Shown piece after piece: positions 1-10,283 of a stretch of DNA of 64,000 nucleotides (position 1 is the stretch's first letter; each line of letters begins with the position of its first letter). The stretch is from Bacteroidales bacterium UBA6445. GTDB lineage: Bacteria > Bacteroidota > Bacteroidia > Bacteroidales > UBA932. Under the pieces are notes generated by a model that was not told the origin of the DNA, made no database searches, and saw only the letters and a program-made list of their open reading frames with translations. Location of the stretch: positions 65,198 through 129,197 of the forward strand of contig DJOF01000021.1 in assembly GCA_002439585.1 (NCBI GenBank), in the 5' to 3' direction. Both the position numbers and the translations under genes were made by a program.

Positions 1-1227
1 GTCTGTAACGGAGTCCAGGGTACCGGCATTGTTTATGTCAGGAACCGGGCACGTACCGAGGAGATAGCTTCACTTCTATTGTCATCCGGAGTGAGCGCAT
101 CATTCTACCATGCCGGTCTTACTCCCTCTGAGAGGACAATCCGGCAAGAGCAGTGGAAGAGCGGTGAAGTCAGGGTGATGGTCTGTACCAACGCTTTCGG
201 TATGGGTATAGACAAGCCAGACGTAAGGTTTGTAGTACATATGGATGTGCCGGAGTCTCCGGAGGCCTATTTCCAAGAAGCCGGAAGGGCTGGCAGGGAT
301 GGGCATGACTCCTATGCCGTATTGCTTTGGAATCCTACTGACATAAAGCGTCTGCGACAGATAGAGACAGTGTCTTTCCCCTCTCTCGAATATGTAGAAG
401 ACATTTATCATAAGGTTTTCGCATTTCTTGGCATTGCGTATGGCCAAGGAGAGGGGAGGCAGGCACGTTTTGACTTCATGGAATTCTGCAAGAGATTTTC
501 CCTTAACAGGGCGATGGCGTACAATGCAATAAAATATATCGAGAAAGAAGGGCACTGGGTATATGCAGAGGCATTGGACAGCCCTACCAGAGTACAGATA
601 CTTGTAGACAGGGAAGCCTTGTATTCGGTTGATTTTGAAGAAAGAAGGCAGCTCGAGATTGTTGTGAGGCTGATGAGGAGTTATGATGCGATATTCTCCT
701 ATCCTGTCTATATTGACGAGGCGAAGGTGGCCGCTTCATGCGGAGTGGGTGTGGGACTCTTACGTCAAGAACTTTATCGGCTTTCACTCCAACATATTAT
801 ACGGTATATACCGGGAAATGTATGCGATATACTTGTCTTCCCAGGAGAGAGGCTAGCAAAGGGCAATGTCGCCCTCTCGCCTCTTACCTATGCTGCGCTT
901 AAAGAGGCCTGGTCAGAGAGGATGGAAAGCATGATAAGCTACATTCAGGAAGAGGAGGTGTGCCGCTCCCGTTACCTGCTCTCGTATTTCGGCCAACAGA
1001 ATTCCAAAGACTGCGGACGTTGTGACATCTGCCGAAGACGCCGACAATTGCCTGCATCAATGGAAGAAGAACTACGACGCATTGTTTGTGACGAACTCGG
1101 GGGCAGATACAGTCTTCCAGAACTTTCCGCCCGTATGGGAAATACGGCATCAGGCAGCGACAAGGCCTGGCTTCAAGTCCTAAGGACTATGATAGACGAA
1201 GGCAAACTTCCTCCGTATGAATCCTAA
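1..1227 (+). CDS. recQ: ATP-dependent DNA helicase RecQ family, C-terminal part (5' truncated by window)
   Basis: Frame is open from base 1 (GIVYVRNR). Helicase motifs YHAGL, VCTNAFGMGIDKPDVRFVVH and YFQEAGRAGRDG, plus the RQC Zn motif CR..LL.YFG...CGRCDIC. Confidence 0.9.
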   Translation, partial: VCNGVQGTGIVYVRNRARTEEIASLLLSSGVSASFYHAGLTPSERTIRQEQWKSGEVRVMVCTNAFGMGIDKPDVRFVVHMDVPESPEAYFQEAGRAGRDGHDSYAVLLWNPTDIKRLRQIETVSFPSLEYVEDIYHKVFAFLGIAYGQGEGRQARFDFMEFCKRFSLNRAMAYNAIKYIEKEGHWVYAEALDSPTRVQILVDREALYSVDFEERRQLEIVVRLMRSYDAIFSYPVYIDEAKVAASCGVGVGLLRQELYRLSLQHIIRYIPGNVCDILVFPGERLAKGNVALSPLTYAALKEAWSERMESMISYIQEEEVCRSRYLLSYFGQQNSKDCGRCDICRRRRQLPASMEEELRRIVCDELGGRYSLPELSARMGNTASGSDKAWLQVLRTMIDEGKLPPYES

Positions 1228-1273
1228 TAAATAGTATGTGCGCTCGATGTCTGTGTCGCAAGTGAATCTGATC

Positions 1274-2224
1274 CTATCCTTCTATTGTGAGGCCGTCATA
1301 GGCAGGCCTTATGTCAATGTCCGGGGCAATCTCTCTAAGCTGCTCCGAGAAATCCGGATACACGGGGAAAGTGTGAGAGAGATGCGTCAGCCAAGTATGT
1401 CGTGCATTTATTTTTCGTGCTTGGTCAATAGCTTGATATAGAGAGAAGTGCGAATGGTGAGGTTTGTAGCCCACCGTGTTGAGAGAGACATGTTCAAGGC
1501 CGCGTAGCTTGTCCAGTTCAGAGTCAGGAAGAAAGCTCATGTCCGTAATGTACGCTATAGCTCCGAATCTGAATCCCAGTACGGGCATCTTGTCATGCAT
1601 CCCCCTTATAGGGATTATCTCTATACCGCGTCCGCTTGGAGAAGTCAAACCGCCCTTGAAGTGTGGATCATCTGCCTTGGCTGCTACAGATGCCTTGCGG
1701 TCAGCAGTAGGACTGAGTGTCCCATCGGCATTCTTGTAGCAATATCCGGAGTCATGTACCCACACAAGCTCCCTGTCGCTGTCAGAAGGCTCTACGAAGA
1801 AAGGTTTCTCATCGATAAGGTGTACATTCCATTCCGGGGCTCCGGGATATTTGTGCTCGGCAAACACATAGTCGTAGCTTTCTTCCAATGAGTCAAGTAC
1901 CCTCTGCTCGCAGTAGATCTCGGCGGCTCGTCTGTCAATATAATTGAGTGAGCGCACGTCATCAAGACCTCCGGTATGATCCCTGTGACTGTGAGTAAGA
2001 AGAATTGCGTCAAGGTGTGAAATTCCTTGCCCGAGCAGTTGCATCCGGAAGTCCGGTCCAGCATCAACAAGAATTTTAAGTCCCCCGTACTGCACGTAGG
2101 CAGAAGACCGGAATCTCTTGTCCCTCTTGTCCGTACTTCTGCATACAGGGCAACTACATCCGATAATCGGGACTCCCTGTGATGTGCCTGTACCGAGAAA
2201 AGTAAGTATTGTTCTATCACTCAT
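1274..2224 (-). CDS. MBL-fold metallo-hydrolase (PhnP/YycJ-like phosphodiesterase)
   Basis: LGTGTSQGVP.IGC.C.VC, THSHRDHTGGLDD, YITD and HLSH motifs. Start placed at ATG 2224 (MSDRTILTF), overlapping the mtaB stop. Confidence 0.88.
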   Translation of the reverse strand: MSDRTILTFLGTGTSQGVPIIGCSCPVCRSTDKRDKRFRSSAYVQYGGLKILVDAGPDFRMQLLGQGISHLDAILLTHSHRDHTGGLDDVRSLNYIDRRAAEIYCEQRVLDSLEESYDYVFAEHKYPGAPEWNVHLIDEKPFFVEPSDSDRELVWVHDSGYCYKNADGTLSPTADRKASVAAKADDPHFKGGLTSPSGRGIEIIPIRGMHDKMPVLGFRFGAIAYITDMSFLPDSELDKLRGLEHVSLNTVGYKPHHSHFSLYQAIDQARKINARHTWLTHLSHTFPVYPDFSEQLREIAPDIDIRPAYDGLTIEG

Positions 2225-3615
2225 AGTATTACCTCCTGGATTGTGCCGGCAAGACCGTCCTCCCATGTCCTCTCTACTCTTATATAATTACCGGTGTATC
2301 CTCCGATCATTCCATCGCTGCATTTGCTCTCGAAGAGCACATTCTCTCTTACCCCTTTCTGAGAGGTAATGAACTCCTCATGCAGCCTCTGGCAAAGCTC
2401 TTCAAGTCTTGCTACCCTCTCGCTTTTGATGCTTTCCGCCACCTGGTCTTTCCTTGCCGCAGCCCTTGTCCCCGACCTCCTTGAATATGGGAAAATGTGA
2501 ATGAATGCAGGCTTGATCCTTTCTTTGAGAAAATCATATGTCTGCATGAACATCTCCTCGCTCTCTCCAGGAAGTCCTACAATCACATCAATGCCCAAAA
2601 ATACATCTGGCTTTCTGGTGCCGTCAGGATTGACATCGGACGGAGAGGAATTCATGCGTTTCCGTATATAGTCTATCTTAGCCGCGAAAAATTCCGTGTC
2701 GTACCTTCTTCCAGTGTCGTGCAGAAGTGTATCGCAACCACTCTGCAGCGGTATGTGGAAATGCGGAAGGAACTTTGTGCCGCTGCTTATCCAGTCTATC
2801 ATCTCATCGGTGAGAAGATAGGGCTCTATAGAAGAAATCCTGTATCTCTCGATACCAGGGATCTTGTCAAGTGCTTTCATAAGGTCGAAGAAACTTTCCC
2901 CACTCTTGCGGCCGAAATCTCCGGTGTTGACCCCTGTAAGCACTATCTCCTTGACTCCTGTCGAGGCGATCTTCCTGGCTTCACTGACGGCTGTATCGAT
3001 ACTGATGCTCCGGCTTCTTCCCCTTGCAAAAGGTACCGTGCAGTATGAACAGAAATTATCGCACCCGTCCTGCACTTTCAGAAAAGCTCTTGTCCTCTCT
3101 CCTCCGTCAGAATATGCTGCGAAAGTTCCTTCTGTCTTGTCTGCAACTGCCTCCCTGTCCTGTCTCTCTGTCCTGCCTCCCACTATAGTCCCTGATGCGG
3201 CTTCATGTGAGGGGACGTTATCATCGTCACCTTTGCTGGCGACTCCAATCTCGGGTTTATTGGCAGCAATGTCGAACAGTGAGGCCGCTCTGCCTACGAG
3301 GGAAGCTTTCTCATTTGCCCCTATGACAAGGCTTACTCCTTCAATGGTCTCGATCTCATCCCGTTTGAGCTCAGCATAGCAGCCTGTCACCACAATGTGG
3401 GCATTTGGGGCTGTACGGTGAATTTTCCTTATTATGTTTCGTGATTTCCTGTCTGAGTGCTCGGTTACCGAACATGTATTGATGATATATAGGTCGGCTT
3501 TCTCGGTCCAGGGCACAGACTCGAAGCCTTTCTTTACCAAACCTCTCTCGTATGTGGATGTCTCGGAATAGTTGAGCTTGCAGCCCAATGTGATGTATGA
3601 TGCTGTCAGTCCCAT
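2221..3615 (-). CDS. mtaB: tRNA t6A37 methylthiotransferase MtaB (radical SAM)
   Basis: TLGCKLNYSET, INTCSVT, VTGCYA and RAFLKVQDGCDNFCSYC (CxxxCxxC) motifs, with a C-terminal TRAM-like region. Confidence 0.92.
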   Translation of the reverse strand: MGLTASYITLGCKLNYSETSTYERGLVKKGFESVPWTEKADLYIINTCSVTEHSDRKSRNIIRKIHRTAPNAHIVVTGCYAELKRDEIETIEGVSLVIGANEKASLVGRAASLFDIAANKPEIGVASKGDDDNVPSHEAASGTIVGGRTERQDREAVADKTEGTFAAYSDGGERTRAFLKVQDGCDNFCSYCTVPFARGRSRSISIDTAVSEARKIASTGVKEIVLTGVNTGDFGRKSGESFFDLMKALDKIPGIERYRISSIEPYLLTDEMIDWISSGTKFLPHFHIPLQSGCDTLLHDTGRRYDTEFFAAKIDYIRKRMNSSPSDVNPDGTRKPDVFLGIDVIVGLPGESEEMFMQTYDFLKERIKPAFIHIFPYSRRSGTRAAARKDQVAESIKSERVARLEELCQRLHEEFITSQKGVRENVLFESKCSDGMIGGYTGNYIRVERTWEDGLAGTIQEVIL

Positions 3616-3618
3616 GTC

Positions 3619-4449
3619 TTATCTCCCTGTATGTCTCGATTTCTTTGAGGAGTGGCTCTGCCGAGAACCTGATGCAGTGTTACTAGAATGCCCGGCATAA
3701 AGTGCAAACACGCAAGGCCTCTTCCCGATCCTGAAATCCTTCTCGCTTCTCCACTCGGCTATTGTTCGTGTGGAGATATATTCGTCCTCTGCCGTAATGT
3801 TGGCCGCTATGCACAGAAGAGTATCTTCGGAGCATGTACCAAGAATGTCCTCGAGCATGGTATCGTTGCGGTAAGGCGTCTCGATAAATAGCATGGTCCT
3901 GAGCATTGCTTTAGATTCTTTCTCAATAGAGCGTATTGCCTGGCAGCGTTCTCCTGACTTTGATGGAAGATAGCCGCAGAACGCGAATGACTGTCCATTG
4001 AGGCCGGATGCCATAAGAGCCATCATCAGCGAAGAAGGTCCGGTCTTTGGCACGACCTCGATGCCATGCGTGTGGCATAGGGCGACGAGAGATGCACCCG
4101 GGTCTGCCACTGCTGGAAGTCCTGCCTCTGAGATCAATCCTACATCATTGCCTTCGTCAAACAGAGACAGAAGCCTAATGGCATCTTCCTGAGTGGAATG
4201 TTCGTTGAGTTCGTACATCTCGATGCCATCGATCTGCCCCTTGAGTCCTGCTGCCGACAAGTAGCGTCGTGCCGTCCGGAGCTCCTCTACCACATATTTA
4301 TGTATGGCTGGAAGCAGGGCAAGAGTCCCCTGCGGTATTACCTCTTCCGGAGCCGTGTCTCCAAGTGGGGATGGTATAAGGAAAAGTCTTCCCTTATCTC
4401 TCTTTGCGGGCTTCTGCCCTTCTGTCTTTCTTGTATTTTCTTCTGTCAT
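3619..4449 (-). CDS. RsmI-like tetrapyrrole-methylase-family SAM-dependent methyltransferase
   Basis: LFLIPSPLG, LISEAGLPAVADPG, GPSSLMMALMASG, FAFCGYLP and FIETPYRN motifs. Confidence 0.85.
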   Translation of the reverse strand: MTEENTRKTEGQKPAKRDKGRLFLIPSPLGDTAPEEVIPQGTLALLPAIHKYVVEELRTARRYLSAAGLKGQIDGIEMYELNEHSTQEDAIRLLSLFDEGNDVGLISEAGLPAVADPGASLVALCHTHGIEVVPKTGPSSLMMALMASGLNGQSFAFCGYLPSKSGERCQAIRSIEKESKAMLRTMLFIETPYRNDTMLEDILGTCSEDTLLCIAANITAEDEYISTRTIAEWRSEKDFRIGKRPCVFALYAGHSSNTASGSRQSHSSKKSRHTGR

Positions 4450-7400
4450 CTGCCAAAATCTTGATTTTGACCTTGCGATCGTCTGATATTTCCTTCAGAG
4501 CCTCTTCTCTTTTTCTGGAACGGCTCATGAACAGCCTCCTCACAAATTCTCCGAATGTGTTGTATTCTTTCTGGAAAGTAAGACCAAGTCCGTTGCGCTG
4601 AGAGTTGTCGAGGTAGCTGGAATACTGGTCGGCCGAGTGCGAGAACATATTGAGCCTTAGTGCACCCTGCTTGTCAAGCTTGACATCGATGTCGAGGTCT
4701 CCCACCATCTCGCTACTTGTAGTCCCAGAGTTGTACTGACTGTTGCCTATGGTACCGTTGACAATGACTCTGTTGTTGAACAGTGCAGTGGACAGAGCCA
4801 CGTCAAAGATGTCGCTGCCCCTCATGTCCTGCTGGTAGTCGAGTCCGAGGTCGAGGGGGATGTCGAGTTTCTGCAATATACTATTGAGCTGTCCCGACAT
4901 TATCTCGCTGACACTAGAGAAAAGCATTGATGATGAGGTATTTGTGACTCCTGACTGCTCGTCTGGCAAGAAACTGTTGGTGACAAGAAGTGCAAGAAGC
5001 TGCCTTTGGATCTTGTCTTGTGTAGAGAGTGCGCTTTCTACCCTTGACTGAGTTGTAGGATCCAGGTCAGGTATATTGATTGAGAATCCGAGTCGGGGAT
5101 TGCGTATCTTGTCGGTGATGGAGATGCCGCATTCCACTGTCCTCCTTGTAGAGGTGGAAGTTGTGTCGGCAATGAGTACTCCCACTGAAGCCTTTGTCCT
5201 GTATATGGCATTGATGTTGAGGTCGCTGTCCATGATGTCTCCGTTGAACCTGATGGAACTTCCTTCCCTGATATTGAAGTCCCTCTTGGCAATGCCAAGT
5301 GCTACGAAGTGGTAGATACCGTCAGTGATGTTGTAGTTGCCGCCGATGTTGAAGATGCCCCTGCTCGGCCTTATGTCCATGGTTATGACACCGTTGCCGT
5401 TGCCTGTGAGGATATTGCCTGTGGACTTATCGATCTCGATCGTGGCTGTCACTCCCGGAGTTGCCACTATGTCAAGATGTACGGCCAGATCGCTTGACTG
5501 CTTCTCTTTCTCCTTCAACTTTCCCATCATTTCCTCGTAAGGATCTGTCACGACTTTTTTCTCTTGCATTTTGAAAGTCAGTAGATCCGAAATTGCCGCG
5601 GAAGCCGTCCTTCGTATCGGGATGTGAAGCGAACCTCTGTTCTCAGTCATTGCGGAAGCATTGAGGGATAGAGCATGCACCGGCCCAGTTATGTCAAGCC
5701 TTCCTGTCGCTGACACATTGCCGTAGAACATGGGACTCTGACTCTCCGAGGAGTTAATTACTTCAAGGGAAGAGAAAGTGATCCCGGTGTCGAAGCGTAT
5801 ATCTCGGAAGCCTTTCCATCCTATTTTACCATTGACGCTGCCCTTATTGCCAAACCTATCGGTAATTGAAAGGCCGTTAAAATTTAGTCCTAAGTCATTC
5901 ATATCCAATGGCCCGTCCACATTGTAGGCTACATTGGTAAATCCTATCCGTAGTCTGCCTCCGTCAATGCGCAGTCCGCGGCTGGCTATGTCTACATTGT
6001 CCACCGGCCCGATGAAAGCTATGTCTCCTGATAGTTTTCCTCCGAATTCATCGAAGATGCTCTTCACAAATGGGGTGGCATATCCCATATCAAGAGCATT
6101 GAGCGAGAGCTTTCCCTCAATGGATTTTGTCTGAGGGAAATAATTGCCGAAGGCATAGATATTCTGAATGTTGTCCATGGAGTTGCGGAGCACGTAGTTG
6201 AATCCTTTCCTACTTTCATCCCAAACCCCTGCAATCTTGAGTGTCCCGAGCCCGTGTCCTCCAAATGCGGCTGAGTCACATACCATAGTCATCAAAATGC
6301 CGGCTCTGCTATCAGTGGGGGACACTATCATTGCGTGTCCGGTCAGTCTGCCTGCAATTCCATAATTCTTTCCTATAAAGGCATTTAGAGTGGAGATGTC
6401 ATATCCCGACAAATTAACTTGCATGGTATCAGGTGCTGACGCGGCCCAACCTCCGTGCATGGATATGACTTCATCTCTGCTCCTTATCGAGAATTTTCTT
6501 ATATCTATTGCTCCGCGTCTTAGCATGATCGTATCTGATTCCATATCCCATCGTTTCGAGTCAAGATTGATGTAAGACGGAACTATCCTCATGCCAAGGA
6601 AGAGGGAATCGCTGCTGTCTCTTCCTATATTGCCATCTATGGAGAGTGAAGCCATATTCTTGCCTCCATCGTCATTGTCATATTTGTATGACAGAAATAT
6701 AGAGTCTCTGTGCATGTCTATCTTGAGTCTGTTGGCTCTTGTTAAGGCTGGACCTACCGATATTTCCCCAGCAGTCAGTGAAAGTCTAAGGCTGTCTCCT
6801 GCGTTCTTAGTCTTTACAGAGACATCTTTTAGATATCTGTCCCTGTACGCCAGCCTTGAAGATTTGAGAGTTGCATCCAGATGGCCTCCTCGGTCGAGAT
6901 TAATGTCGAGACAGGTGCTGTCGGCTATGTAGGAGCCTGGTGCAAAGAAGGAGAGCAACCGCATAGTGTCATGAAAGCGGAGCGATACTTTGTATCTGTT
7001 GCGCTTATATTCGGAATTTTCTGTGCATCCAAGCGAAGGCAAGGCCCGTCCTGATGAAGCGGCATTCAAGTCTTTTACGAAGAAATTGACAAAGCGGGAT
7101 CCTGTATAGGACCCATCTGCAAAGCCCGAGATAAAACTAATCCTGCTTACAGTGTCGGCTGAATGGGAAGAAATGCGTATGTCCCCGACATCGTGGATGC
7201 CCTGGCCGTCCTCAAGTTGGATGTTCCCAATCCCGATATTGCCCAGGATTTCCTTACCGCGTATTCTCGTGAAATCAGCATTTGTACTGAAACTTACCTT
7301 TGCCATTTCCTTGCGGTGCATAAGTCCGAGAGCTCCAAGGTCTGCATATCCGACATTTGCATAGAATCTGTATATAGAGTTATTCGTCTTGGAAGACAGG

Positions 7401-9082
7401 GTGAAGATTCCCTGAAACAGAAGATTGAGGTTGGGGTCGTTGCATACAATGCGTCCATCGAATGCATTGCCGCTGTATCGTCCGTTTGCAGCTATGCCAG
7501 TGTATTCATATCCGTGTACTCCGAGTCGGTCTATGAAAAGGGAATCAATGACTATGTCAGGGACACCGCCAGACAACTTTGCGCTCAGCCCTGTCCTTAT
7601 GTCGCACTGCCCGATAGGAAGGTCTCTTCCTGAGGCTTTGGCTATGTCTACACCTTTACCTGTAAGTGTACCACGCATCTCGATGGGTCGCCTTTTGTCT
7701 GCAACATTCCTTATGTCAAGCACGGTCTTGATCTCGCCTCCTGCTGCATGTAGGATGCCACGAGCCGTAAGCCTATTGAGAGGCCCCCTTGCATGTCCGG
7801 TGAAATACAGCCTTTCGCCTTTGCAATACTCTCCGAGCGAGAGCTTTATGTGCGGATTCCAACATTTCAGAAAGCGCTCCAATCCCCATGAGGTAAATGA
7901 TGCATTCTTGACACGGAAATCAGTCAGCATCGCTTTCGAGTCGGGAAGGCCGACGATAGAGCCGTCTGCTGTACCCTTAATGCCTCTGTACCAGTCTTTC
8001 TCAACTATAGGAAGCGATGTCTTGTCAGTGGTCTTGAAATGTATATCCTTGAAGTGCAGATCGTTCACATATCCTTCCATCTCTCCTTCGACTGAAGCAG
8101 TCATTGAAAATTTCTTCAGAGAGGGGGCGAAATAGCCGAGACTTTCCATGCTTACTATGCTTTCTGATATGTCAGCCTTCATCCGAACTTCGGTGATGAA
8201 CTCGGACCAAGCGTCAGAGTCAGCGTATGTCATCTCAAACGATGGAATGCTCAGGTCAGACATTCCGTCCTGCAGTGTCAGTCCCGCTACCAGCACGCTC
8301 CCGTCTCCGGCTCTTACACTTCCGGAGATGTTGCTGCAAGTATAGCCGCTCTTCTCTCTGAAAGATAGATGGTCACAGACTCCGTACATGACTGGGCCCT
8401 TCATCCTCAGATTGTGTCCCGACAGGGAAATGTCCTCTATCTCAAGGTCTGTCCAGTCGATGCTCCCTTCTGGGAACTCCTTGTCTATTCTCTTGCGATA
8501 GTTGTACAGTCTGAATGCCATGTCCTCGAGACTTACACCGGAGATATGGAATATTTCCTTCTTACTCCTTGATTTCTTCCCGTCCTTAGGGACAAGTCTG
8601 AAGATCCTTCTCAGATTGAACGGTGGGATTTCACCTTCCTCATAAGGTTCAAGGGTGAGGGTGAACCAGCCGCCGGTGACCTCCACGGACTTAAGACGAG
8701 TGGGAAAGCCAGATATAAGATCCTTTAGACTGAATGAGGCTGTCACGTATTCGGCATGGAACATTGTGTCTACGGGGGCAGCCACTGCAGAGTCCGCAAG
8801 AGGAGTACCGTCTATATGTGACATATGAGCCACATGTGATGCGCTGTCTATATATGGAGTACGGTCTATAATGGAGATGTCCCTTATGACAAGAGCCTTG
8901 AAAGGGTCGAAATGTATCTTCCCGATGCTTACCGTACCGTCTATATGACTCTCAAGTGTGGACAATACCTGGTCGGCAATGCGTGTCTGCACGAAAGAAG
9001 ACTGTAAGGCAATGATTGCCGAGATGATGAGCAAGACGGCAATCACTGAGAGTATATAGAGTATTCTTAAAAGCCTTTTTAT
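4394..9082 (-). CDS. Translocation/assembly module TamB-like (AsmA-like) large envelope protein; start uncertain (GTG 9046 or ATA 9082)
   Basis: About 1550 aa with an N-terminal TM helix followed by VQT, a beta-rich body and a TamB-like C-terminus. Divergent from tsaD, as is typical in Bacteroidales. Confidence 0.8.
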   Translation of the reverse strand: MKRLLRILYILSVIAVLLIISAIIALQSSFVQTRIADQVLSTLESHIDGTVSIGKIHFDPFKALVIRDISIIDRTPYIDSASHVAHMSHIDGTPLADSAVAAPVDTMFHAEYVTASFSLKDLISGFPTRLKSVEVTGGWFTLTLEPYEEGEIPPFNLRRIFRLVPKDGKKSRSKKEIFHISGVSLEDMAFRLYNYRKRIDKEFPEGSIDWTDLEIEDISLSGHNLRMKGPVMYGVCDHLSFREKSGYTCSNISGSVRAGDGSVLVAGLTLQDGMSDLSIPSFEMTYADSDAWSEFITEVRMKADISESIVSMESLGYFAPSLKKFSMTASVEGEMEGYVNDLHFKDIHFKTTDKTSLPIVEKDWYRGIKGTADGSIVGLPDSKAMLTDFRVKNASFTSWGLERFLKCWNPHIKLSLGEYCKGERLYFTGHARGPLNRLTARGILHAAGGEIKTVLDIRNVADKRRPIEMRGTLTGKGVDIAKASGRDLPIGQCDIRTGLSAKLSGGVPDIVIDSLFIDRLGVHGYEYTGIAANGRYSGNAFDGRIVCNDPNLNLLFQGIFTLSSKTNNSIYRFYANVGYADLGALGLMHRKEMAKVSFSTNADFTRIRGKEILGNIGIGNIQLEDGQGIHDVGDIRISSHSADTVSRISFISGFADGSYTGSRFVNFFVKDLNAASSGRALPSLGCTENSEYKRNRYKVSLRFHDTMRLLSFFAPGSYIADSTCLDINLDRGGHLDATLKSSRLAYRDRYLKDVSVKTKNAGDSLRLSLTAGEISVGPALTRANRLKIDMHRDSIFLSYKYDNDDGGKNMASLSIDGNIGRDSSDSLFLGMRIVPSYINLDSKRWDMESDTIMLRRGAIDIRKFSIRSRDEVISMHGGWAASAPDTMQVNLSGYDISTLNAFIGKNYGIAGRLTGHAMIVSPTDSRAGILMTMVCDSAAFGGHGLGTLKIAGVWDESRKGFNYVLRNSMDNIQNIYAFGNYFPQTKSIEGKLSLNALDMGYATPFVKSIFDEFGGKLSGDIAFIGPVDNVDIASRGLRIDGGRLRIGFTNVAYNVDGPLDMNDLGLNFNGLSITDRFGNKGSVNGKIGWKGFRDIRFDTGITFSSLEVINSSESQSPMFYGNVSATGRLDITGPVHALSLNASAMTENRGSLHIPIRRTASAAISDLLTFKMQEKKVVTDPYEEMMGKLKEKEKQSSDLAVHLDIVATPGVTATIEIDKSTGNILTGNGNGVITMDIRPSRGIFNIGGNYNITDGIYHFVALGIAKRDFNIREGSSIRFNGDIMDSDLNINAIYRTKASVGVLIADTTSTSTRRTVECGISITDKIRNPRLGFSINIPDLDPTTQSRVESALSTQDKIQRQLLALLVTNSFLPDEQSGVTNTSSSMLFSSVSEIMSGQLNSILQKLDIPLDLGLDYQQDMRGSDIFDVALSTALFNNRVIVNGTIGNSQYNSGTTSSEMVGDLDIDVKLDKQGALRLNMFSHSADQYSSYLDNSQRNGLGLTFQKEYNTFGEFVRRLFMSRSRKREEALKEISDDRKVKIKILADDRRKYKKDRRAEARKER

Positions 9083-9113
9083 AGTCTTATTGTCTTAATT
9101 GGCCACATACCTG

Positions 9114-9141
9114 CAAATTTACTAAATAATTAGTACCTTTG
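9114..9141. promoter_or_regulatory. Divergent Bacteroidetes -7 promoter boxes for the tamB operon (-) and tsaD (+)
   Basis: CAAATTTA at 9114-9121 (TAAATTTG on -) and TACCTTTG at 9134-9141 both match TAnnTTTG. Confidence 0.7.
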
Positions 9142-9166
9142 TCAAACGTACAATTGAGTTTTTGGA

Positions 9167-10189
9167 ATGTCGGATATAATTCTCGGGATCGAGTCTTCTT
9201 GTGACGATACATCTGCAGCAGTCATCAAAGATGGCTATCTTCTGTCGAATGTGATAGCAAGCCAGCAGGTACACAAGGACTATGGTGGAGTGATACCGGA
9301 GTTGGCCTCAAGGGCACACGAGCAGAACATCGTGCCTGTAGTAAGCCAGGCTTTGGACAAGGCTGGAGTAAGGAAAGAGGACCTTTCCGCCATAGCGTTT
9401 ACCCGTGGTCCGGGACTTCTCGGGTCGCTTCTTGTAGGGACGTCTTTCGCCAAGGCACTTGGTGTGGCTCTTGACATACCAGTCATCATGGTGAACCATC
9501 TTCAAGGACACATACTTGCAGGTTTTGTGAAGCAATATGGCAAGGATACGCCCTGCCCTTCATTCCCTTACCTGTGCCTTCTTGTCTCTGGTGGCAACTC
9601 CCAGATAGTCAAAGTCGATGACAGACTTCACTACGAGATTCTCGGACAGACAATCGATGATGCAGTAGGGGAGGCATTTGACAAATGTTCCAAGATGCTC
9701 GGACTTGGCTATCCAGGCGGACCTGTGATAGATCGTCTCGCCAAGGAAGGAGATCCGCTTCGCTTCAAATTCGCAAAACCGCATATCCCAGGACTTGATT
9801 ATAGCTTCAGCGGAGTCAAGACGTCGCTTCTGTATTTTGTGCGGGACGAACTCGCCCGCAATCCCCGTTTTATGGAGGAGAACAAGGCCGATATCTGTGC
9901 GAGTTTCCAGAAGACACTTATCGATATCTTGATGGACAAGCTTGTCAAGGCAGCCGCCTTGACAGGTATTCGTGAGATAACGATTGGGGGAGGCGTCTCT
10001 GCTAACAGCGGTCTTAGAGAGAGGATTACCGAAGAGGGGCGTAAGCGAGGCTGGAATACATATCTCCCTGAGTTTAAGTTTACTACGGACAATGCGGCTA
10101 TGATAGCAATCGCCGGTTATTACCATTATCTTGCAGGCGAGAGAACTCCGCTTGACGTGGCCCCCGTATCAAGGACTGCCGACTATTAG
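9167..10189 (+). CDS. tsaD: tRNA N6-adenosine threonylcarbamoyltransferase TsaD
   Basis: ILGIESSCDDT, GGVIPELASRAH, NHLQGH, LVSGG, DDAVGEAFDK and TDNAAMIA motifs. Confidence 0.96.
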   Translation: MSDIILGIESSCDDTSAAVIKDGYLLSNVIASQQVHKDYGGVIPELASRAHEQNIVPVVSQALDKAGVRKEDLSAIAFTRGPGLLGSLLVGTSFAKALGVALDIPVIMVNHLQGHILAGFVKQYGKDTPCPSFPYLCLLVSGGNSQIVKVDDRLHYEILGQTIDDAVGEAFDKCSKMLGLGYPGGPVIDRLAKEGDPLRFKFAKPHIPGLDYSFSGVKTSLLYFVRDELARNPRFMEENKADICASFQKTLIDILMDKLVKAAALTGIREITIGGGVSANSGLRERITEEGRKRGWNTYLPEFKFTTDNAAMIAIAGYYHYLAGERTPLDVAPVSRTADY

Positions 10190-10283
10190 TAGAGGGTATC
10201 GCCTGTGACTGTTGTGAGTCCTCACAACGAGACAGGATTGTCGTGCGGCAGAGCATGTTATTAGCAGAAGTTTTACAAAGTAT

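Noticed and set aside
4394..4449. 56-bp overlap between the tamB-like and rsmI-like genes
   Set aside because: It involves low-complexity charged termini and looks like ordinary operon compaction or start uncertainty.
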